A DNA stretch of 64,000 nucleotides from Okamejei kenojei (taxonomy: Eukaryota), in NCBI GenBank assembly GCA_035221665.1, contig CM069154.1:6200001-6264000 (forward strand), given 5' to 3'. Made by a program: the position numbers and the translations under genes. Below are positions 62,947 through 64,000 of this stretch, piece by piece (the stretch's first letter is position 1; every line of letters begins with the position of its first letter). The notes beneath the pieces were generated by a model, which was given only the letters and a program-made list of their open reading frames with translations, had not been told where the DNA came from and did no database searches.

Positions 62947-63035
62947 GCTCCCTTACATATTTGCGCCTGGTGTCACTGTGTTTCTCCTGATTCTCATCAT
63001 TGCCTTGTTTTGGTACCGAAAACGTAAAACCAAGG
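62947..63035 (+). CDS. Gene 3 uncharged transmembrane exon
   Basis: ctctgtctggcag|G CTC CCT...AAG G|gtgagt; phase 2 start fits the stalk; (R)LPYIFAPGVTVFLLILIIALFWYRKRKTK, a hydrophobic helix followed by a basic stop-transfer. Confidence 0.85.
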
Positions 63036-63240
63036 GTGAGTTTCTGATATCCCTTAAATAATTTCACAGTACATGTCTCAGTTCCTGCAGAATGTCAAGA
63101 GATTTAATTCTGTTCAACAAATGTCCTGCGTTAAAGTAATAAAGTGTAGGAGGAATCATGAACGATCAACAATGCTATCACGTTTGATGCAATCATGGTG
63201 ACTCGGTGACAAAAACTGTTCTTTTAACATCATTGTACAG

Positions 63241-63295
63241 AAACTTTCTGAGTGTGAAATGGCAGAGATGCGTGAGAACTAAGAGGCTAGTAGAA
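63241..63295 (+). other. Candidate first cytoplasmic exon of gene 3 (contains a stop as assembled)
   Basis: cattgtacag|AAACTT...AGAA|gtaaga; phase 1 joining gives ETF*, phase 0 gives KLSECEMAEMREN*EASR. Confidence 0.35.
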
Positions 63296-64000
63296 GTAAG
63301 ATTTACATATATACTCTCATTCTCTCAGCTGTTAGAATATGCTTTGTGTGATTAGCTGTTGTATTTCGAATCAGGTTAAGTCATGTTTATTGTCACATGC
63401 ACTAGCATGGTGAAGTAATTACAATGATGATCACGCTTGCATCCTCACAGGGACATAGACAACGTACAACATACCTGCCGCACACAGAGGGTGGCGGGTA
63501 TATGACAGGAGCTGCCAGAGGAGGTATTTGAGGCAGGGCAGGTCTAGCCTGGACAGGTAATCCAAGATGTGAACGCCCATTACCTTGAAGCTGCCAACTG
63601 TCTCCACCGCCGATGTAAACTTGAAGGTTCACTTAGCTGTTTCTCAGTCAGAGAGCATTAGTGGAAAGTAAAACAATAAACATTTCAGATCCAAGACACA
63701 TCATTACAACTGGGAAAGAGGGAAAAGAGGGGGGAACCTAATTGAAATTAGGTTTCCTCCTCTTTTTTCTACTCCTATCACTTATGAACTTATGAAAACA
63801 TTTTGGAGCAGATAAGGTTAGGGTGATGGACACAAAATGCTGGAGTAACTGAGCGAAACAAGCAGCATCTCTGGAGAGAAGTAATGTGTGATGTTTCAGG
63901 TCGAAACCCTTTTTCAGACTGATGTCAGGCGAGTGGCAGTACAGAGATAAAATATAGTCGGAGACAGTAAGGTTGGTCAGAGAGCAAGGGCTACTTGAAG

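Noticed and set aside
63402-63632. Minus-strand ORF as a gene
   Set aside because: An adjacent frame reads VETVGSFKVMGVHI, a LINE RT remnant.

Overview
Vertebrate genomic DNA, most likely a cartilaginous fish such as a skate or ray (inferred from its CR1 LINEs, Penelope-like elements and HE1/V-SINE-like SINEs). Reading splice sites and phases directly gives a + strand tandem cluster of immunoglobulin-superfamily paired-receptor genes. They are built from CD300/pIgR/TREM-type V exons and FCRL-like C2 exons, which resembles the modular domain immune-type receptors (MDIR) reported from skate. Gene 1 (leader not found in the window) is V-C2-stalk-TM(Arg)-short tail, an activating type. Gene 2 is leader-C2-stalk-TM(Arg)-short tail with no V exon. 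Gene 3 is leader-V-V-V-C2-V-C2-stalk-uncharged TM, and its tail is unresolved at the window end. An inverted, decayed ITSM/ITIM-coding exon lies inside an intron of activating gene 1. The point where genes 1 and 3 switch signalling module maps to a CR1-containing junction. The block 30222-38657 is repeated at 39392-46300 between N gaps with complementary error gradients, probably a false duplication. Penelope-derived tails carry many minimal hammerhead ribozyme motifs. Most ORFs in the supplied track are transposon fragments or noise. Exon coordinates were read by eye; repeat boundaries are approximate.
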